This document shows, piece after piece, positions 57,717 through 64,000 of a DNA stretch of 64,000 bases. The translations under genes were made by a program, and so were the position numbers. The notes under the pieces are model-generated. The model was not told where the DNA came from and did not search any database. It saw nothing but the letters and a program-made list of their open reading frames with translations. The stretch is taken from positions 1,137 through 65,136 of the forward strand of contig JBBIQK010000005.1 in the NCBI GenBank assembly GCA_037442365.1, read 5' to 3'. Source of the stretch: Armatimonadota bacterium. Its GTDB lineage: Bacteria > Armatimonadota > Fimbriimonadia > Fimbriimonadales > GBS-DC. Position 1 is the first letter of the stretch. Every line of letters starts with the position of its first letter.

Positions 57717-58035
57717 TATCGCCTTACCCGAGAAGTTGTCTCGAGCGAGCCACACCCTTCCTTGTCATAGGGAATAGCTCCTGCATGTCGCCATGCAGAT
57801 GGGACCATCTCTTCACCTCGTCGTTGAGGTACCCAGCGTATGGTCTCTGAGGATTCTAATCACCGAAAGTGATTAGTCTTTCCTGCTGGTTGTCCGCACC
57901 AGACGGATTGTTACTCACAGGAATTGTATTTTCTCACGGGTGAGAATTTCCTGCAAGTACCGCTGGATACTCGGAGTTTCCAGCATATAGCTGGGTGCGC
58001 ACCTCATGGTTACCCATGAGGGGGGCAGCGAAGGT
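57717..58035 (-). mobile_element. intervening sequence 4 (319 nt, ORF-less) at the E. coli U1931-equivalent site, related to intron 3
   Basis: Junction CGGTCCTATGGT|ACCTTCGCTGCC...GGCGATA|AGCGAAATTCCTTGTCG. Shares GCTATATGCTGGRAASTCCG, GCGGACAAYCAGCAGGRAAG and CCTCAACGAC with intron 3. The 3' end is not a G under this alignment (see findings). Confidence 0.65.
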
Positions 58036-58239
58036 ACCATAGGACCGTTAGAGTTACGGCCGGCATTCACCCGGGCTTCAGTTCAGGGCTGCACCTTGCG
58101 GCTGACCCCTCCCCTTAACCTACGGGCATTGGCCAAGCGTCGCCCCCTATACATCGGGTTTCCCCTTCGCAGAGAGCTGTGTTTTTGGTAAACAGTCGCC
58201 GGGCCCGCTTTGCTGCGACCTCTTTCGAGGCACCCCTTC

Positions 58240-58273
<34 letters not shown>

Positions 58274-58823
58274 TAGCGGGACTTCTCTCGCGCGCCTGAG
58301 GCTCCTCGCCTCGCCTACCTGTGTCGGTTTGCGGTACGGTCAGGTGGTTTCAACGCTACACGGGTTTTCTCGGCTCCAGTCACAGTCGCTTCGTTCACCC
58401 GAAGGATCCCTTCGTCGCCCCAGAGTTGCCGCTGGGGCGAGCGCAGCCTTCCAACTCTGCGCCCGACCGATTCTGAAGCGTCGCCGTTTTGCTCCGCCAC
58501 CTGGGGTGGGAATGTTGACCCACTGCCCTTCGCCTACGGCTTTTCGCCCTCGACTTAGGACCGCCTAACCTTCAGCGGACGAACCTGCCTGAAGAACCCT
58601 TAGGCTTTCGGCGGACGGGATTCTCACCCGTCTTCTCGCTACTCGTGCCGGCATTCTCACTTCTGCACGCTCCAGCGGTGCTTTCGCTCCGCCTTCACTG
58701 CGAGCAGAACGCTCCCCTACCGCTCCCATTGCTGGGAACCCGCCGCTTCGGTAACAGGCTTGAGCCCCCTTACATTATCGGCGCAGGGTCACATTCGACC
58801 AGTCAGCTGTTACGCACTGTTTA

Positions 58824-58854
<31 letters not shown>

Positions 58855-59743
58855 TTGTTTACGCGACCCTACATCCTTTAACACTTAGCCTGTGTTTAGG
58901 GACCTTAGCGGGCGGTCTGGGCTATTGCCCTTTTGACAACGGCGCTCATCCGTCGCTGTCTCACTGCCACGGTTCCTGCTATGCCATTCGGAGTTTGGTT
59001 GGGTTCGGTAACCTGGTGGGGCCCCTAGCCCATCCAGTGGCTCTACCTGCACAGCATAATCCGTGACGCTGCACCTCAATGCATTTCGGGGAGAACCAGC
59101 TATCTCCGCGCTCGATTGGCATTTCACCACACTAACCCCAGTTCCTCCGAGACCTTTTCAACGGTCACCAGTTCGGCCCTCCACCGTGTGTTACCACGGC
59201 TTCAGCCTGACCAGGGTTAGATCGCGCGGTTTCGGGTCTGCACCCAGCGACTGGAACGCCCTGTGTGGACTCGCTTTCGCTACGGCTCCGCGTCTGAGAC
59301 GCTTAACCTTGCCGCTGAGCACAACTCGCCGGCTCATTCTGCAAAAGGCACACCGTCAGACTGTCCCCCAGAGGGGTATAGTCCTCCGATTGTTTGTAAG
59401 CGCACGGTTTCAGGTTCTGTTTCACTCCCCTCGCCGGGGTGCTTTTCACCTTTCCCTCACGGTACTGGTTGCGCTATCGGTAGCAAGGAGTATTTAGCCT
59501 TACCCGGTGGTCCGGGCAGATTCGCACAGGGTTCCTCTTATCCCGTGCTACTCGGGATTCCGACGAGGCGTTCCACTTTTCGCATACGGGGCTGTCACCC
59601 GCTGTGGCGTGCCTTTCCAGACACTTCTGCTAAGCGGTTCGCTCTCTGATGTCGGTCCCACGACCCCAATCGGGCACGCCCGATTGGTTTAGGCTCTTCC
59701 CCGTTCGCTCGCCGCTACTGAGGGAATCTCGTTCGATTTCTTT

Positions 59744-59784
<41 letters not shown>

Positions 59785-60082
59785 CACACCGCCTATGGGT
59801 TCAGCGGTGGGTGACCACCCATTCGGTGGCCGGGTTCTCCCATTCGGGGATCTGCGGATCAACGCCTGTTTGCGGCTCCTCGCAGCTTATCGCAGCTTAC
59901 CACGCCCTTCATCGGCTCCTTGCTCCTAGGCATCCGCCGTGCGCCCTTAGTAGCTTGCCTACTTTGGCGCGCTTCTCGATGACTCCAGTCCAGTTGTCAA
60001 AGGGTAAATCGTTGGGTCCGTTGCCCGTTGTTGGCGCCTACAGCCCAACCGTCAACGCCCCGTGAGGCGCTGAGGGTTAGGT

Positions 60083-60157
60083 TGGTGGAGGCGACCGGAT
60101 TTGAACCGGTGACCCCCTGCGTGCAAAGCAGGTGCTCTCCCGCTGAGCTACGCCCCC
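60083..60157 (-). tRNA. tRNA-Ala (UGC), CCA encoded
   Basis: The minus strand reads GGGGGCGTAGCTCAGCGGGAGAGCACCTGCTTTGCACGCAGGGGGTCACCGGTTCAAATCCGGTCGCCTCCACCA. G3:U70 is present and the anticodon loop is CTTTGCAC. Confidence 0.92.
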
Positions 60158-60159
60158 AC

Positions 60160-60236
<77 letters not shown>

Positions 60237-60293
60237 GTATGTGGCTCCCTCAAAACCGAGCAGGCAGTGCTTTGCAAGCCGAGAGTATCCGTT

Positions 60294-61822
<1,529 letters not shown>

Positions 61823-61979
61823 AAAACGCGATTCCTGCATGCGCAGGTTCGTTTTCCTGTTTGACTGAGCTCGCAAAGCGTTCTTACCTGCCCGGTTTTC
61901 AAGGTTCAACAATCCGCTTGCCGCCCTTGCAGCAAGCGCACACGCCAACACGCCTTACGGCATATCGTCGGCGAGTCTG

Positions 61980-62009
61980 ATTATACCACATCCCAAGCGC
62001 GTTTGTCAA
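61980..62009 (-). promoter_or_regulatory. rrn promoter P2 (TTGACA-N18-ggTATAAT)
   Basis: The minus strand reads cccTTGACAaacgcgcttgggatgtggTATAATcagac, about 158 nt upstream of the 16S 5' end. Confidence 0.6.
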
Positions 62010-62090
62010 GGGCATAGCCCTCCGCACGCAGTTTCTGGGATCTCAAGGTACTCACTGCGCCCCAAAGTCCCTTGCTTTGAGGCGGGCTAT

Positions 62091-62120
62091 ATAATACCAT
62101 GCCCACGACAGCGTTGTCAA
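62091..62120 (-). promoter_or_regulatory. rrn promoter P1 (TTGACA-N18-ggTATTAT)
   Basis: The minus strand reads cccTTGACAacgctgtcgtgggcatggTATTATatagc. Same architecture as P2, about 110 nt further upstream. Confidence 0.55.
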
Positions 62121-62177
62121 GGGGTTAAGCCCAATTCCGGGCAAATTCCCCCGAATTTTCCCCGATTCCGCGCGTCC

Positions 62178-63419
62178 CTACCCCGAAGGCTGACGCACCA
62201 CCCCCAGAAACAGCACCGTGCCCGTCGGCTGATGCACAATCGCGAACAGAAACGGACGATCGACCACTACATTAAATTGCTCCACAGGAACGGAGGTCAC
62301 GCCGACCGTAATCCCTGTTGCCGCAGCAGCTTTGGTACCCTCCTCGTCCACCTCAACCACTGCCTTCTGAATCGCCTTTTGAATGAAGAGCCGCTCGGGT
62401 GAGACATCGGCGATTCGGCTGAAGTCGGCGCGCTCAGGGTCGAACGCCACGCCCATGCCCAGCGCGCTGAGCGGGGCTTTCAGGTCGTACTTCGCCTCCA
62501 CCTTGAAGCGCGGCATCTGCAGGTTGCCGTTCACAACCCGAAACGCCGCCAGCCATTTCACCCAGTTTTCAGGCGTGAGCTGTTTGCGCAAATCCGCCGC
62601 CGTGCGTCCTCTATCGGGCAGAAACAGGTAGAAGCGGTAGTCGCCCTTGCCGTAGGGCAGCGCAACCGCCTGGAAGCCCTCGCCCCGATAGTAGGGGAGC
62701 CGCTCCGAAAGCTGCATCATCGGCGCCTGTTGCGTCTTGCCGTTTTCCAGATAAAACGGCGCGTTTTGGGTGGCGTCCTTCGGGAACGGGTACTGCCACT
62801 TGCCCTCGAAGTAGAGCGTGTTCACCAGCGCGAGGCGCGTCTGCGCGTCGAAGTCGCCTGCCTGGAAGAGTTTCTCGATCATCCCCTGCGTCTGCTCGCT
62901 GATCCATCGGTTGATGGTATCGGCGGCGGATTGCGGCTGGCGGAAGTTGACGGTCTCTGTGCGCGCCTCGTAATGCGCCAGCAACACGCGCAGAAAGTCA
63001 GGGTTCAGCGGGAAGCCCTGCTGCACCCACAGCCCATTCGCCACATGGACGGTAATGTCCCCGTCGGCAGGTCGCATCAGGCGGTTCAGGGCGCGCGCCT
63101 GCGCGTTGAGGGCATCCAGTTGCGGGGCGTCGTAGCCCAGCGCGTTTGTGATGGCGTCGTAGGTGTCGCCGCTTGCGCCGTTGAGCGTCATCTGCAGCGC
63201 CAGTGACAGCGATAAGGGCGAAAAGCACAGGTTTTGCCCCGCGTTGGGGGCGTCTAACTGCTGCAGCATTTTCAGGGCGAACTGCAGGTTCGCCGCGTGG
63301 GCTTCATCTGTGATTTGCACGGGCTGGGTCGCCTCCTCGGGTGGTCTCGGGCTGGCGTCGCCGCCGCAGCCGCTCAGCGCCGCCACCACTATACCGCACA
63401 GCCATAAGCTTGTACGCAT
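62178..63419 (-). CDS. serpin-family protease inhibitor, lipoprotein
   Basis: GGAGG SD before ATG 63419. Lipobox [21 protein letters not shown] and the C-terminal [25 protein letters not shown] are serpin signature regions. Hinge-like [14 protein letters not shown]. Confidence 0.85.
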   Translation of the reverse strand: MRTSLWLCGIVVAALSGCGGDASPRPPEEATQPVQITDEAHAANLQFALKMLQQLDAPNAGQNLCFSPLSLSLALQMTLNGASGDTYDAITNALGYDAPQLDALNAQARALNRLMRPADGDITVHVANGLWVQQGFPLNPDFLRVLLAHYEARTETVNFRQPQSAADTINRWISEQTQGMIEKLFQAGDFDAQTRLALVNTLYFEGKWQYPFPKDATQNAPFYLENGKTQQAPMMQLSERLPYYRGEGFQAVALPYGKGDYRFYLFLPDRGRTAADLRKQLTPENWVKWLAAFRVVNGNLQMPRFKVEAKYDLKAPLSALGMGVAFDPERADFSRIADVSPERLFIQKAIQKAVVEVDEEGTKAAAATGITVGVTSVPVEQFNVVVDRPFLFAIVHQPTGTVLFLGVVRQPSG

Positions 63420-63522
63420 CGCTCGTACCTCCTGCACGGTTAGACGCACAAAGGAATGGAAAGGTATTCACGGCGATTCAGAACAACCCCATGAGACTCT
63501 TGTTAAACCCACTCCACTGGGG

Positions 63523-63528
63523 TATAAT
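63523..63528 (+). promoter_or_regulatory. -10 box (ggTATAAT) 6 nt upstream of the prepilin-like gene ATG
   Basis: ctggggTATAATtgcaatATGcaagcaATGaag. Confidence 0.45.
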
Positions 63529-63534
63529 TGCAAT

Positions 63535-64000
63535 ATGCAAGCAATGAAGCGACGGAACGGGTTTACGCTTATCGAACTGCTGGTGGTTATCGCGATTATC
63601 GCTATCTTAGCGGCGATCCTCTTCCCAGTGTTCGCGCAGGCGCGTGAGAAGGCGCGCCAGACGATGTGTCTGAGCAACCTGCGTCAGGTCGGCACAGCAG
63701 CGATGATGTATGTGCAGGACTACGACGAGGTGTATCCGCTTGCCGAGAACCAGCTGATTCCACCGCCCGGCTTCTGCGGCGGCGGCTATACCAGCTGCAC
63801 CTCCATCGGCTACCTCTACTGGCTGCAGCCCTACTCGAAAGATAATCTCTACTCCCGCTGTCCCAGCGCGAAGCCGATTACCAGCCCCGAAGCAGGCACA
63901 GGCAGGCGTCTGGCATGCGAAGGACGGATTGGCTACGGCGCGGCGTATCCCTCGCCGATGGGCTTCTCAGCGGGATGCTCCTTCCCGCCGCAGGTGTTCC
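63535..64000 (+). CDS. prepilin-type N-terminal cleavage/methylation-domain protein (DUF1559-like), 3' end outside window
   Basis: [65 protein letters not shown]. Open to the window end, which is why it is absent from the ORF track. Confidence 0.85.
   Translation, partial: MQAMKRRNGFTLIELLVVIAIIAILAAILFPVFAQAREKARQTMCLSNLRQVGTAAMMYVQDYDEVYPLAENQLIPPPGFCGGGYTSCTSIGYLYWLQPYSKDNLYSRCPSAKPITSPEAGTGRRLACEGRIGYGAAYPSPMGFSAGCSFPPQVF

Overview
High-GC (mid-60s % by eye) bacterial chromosomal segment. I cannot assign a taxon without a database search. Most of it is housekeeping: pepP fragment, cutA, mutY, argH, nnr, methylmalonyl-CoA mutase, hsp20, secDF, fnr, glmU, prs, the rpmH-rnpA-yidD-yidC-jag operon, scpA, an ECF sigma/anti-sigma pair, fabI and nhaA. 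The window ends with a complete minus-strand rRNA operon (16S, tRNA-Ile, tRNA-Ala, 23S, 5S).

The strongest signal is that the 23S gene is interrupted by four intervening sequences totalling about 2.4 kb, at universally conserved sites that I map to E. coli U1931, U2262, about U2511 and U2593. Two of them carry double-motif LAGLIDADG homing-endonuclease ORFs. The four fall into two sequence-related pairs, each with one ORF-containing and one ORF-less member. The same gene also appears to have a truncated L1-stalk rRNA.

Other accessory features:
- A low-GC type II restriction-modification island (PD-ExK nuclease plus Dam-class methyltransferase) wedged between fnr and glmU.
- A low-GC CBS-like/HEPN (Rx4H) gene sitting where scpB is normally expected, next to a MITE-like twin-hairpin element.
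- An orphan 3-repeat CRISPR mini-array with no cas genes in the window, abutting an odd G/T-skewed modular repeat region.
- A frameshifted vapC with a small antitoxin in an AT-rich islet.
- Several families of GC-rich palindromic repeats, one inserted in-frame in a coding gene.

A recurring GGTA(T/C)AAT -10 box lies only 6-12 nt upstream of many start codons, which suggests widespread leaderless or short-leader transcription. All calls rest on reading the sequence and the ORF translations by eye; no searches were run.
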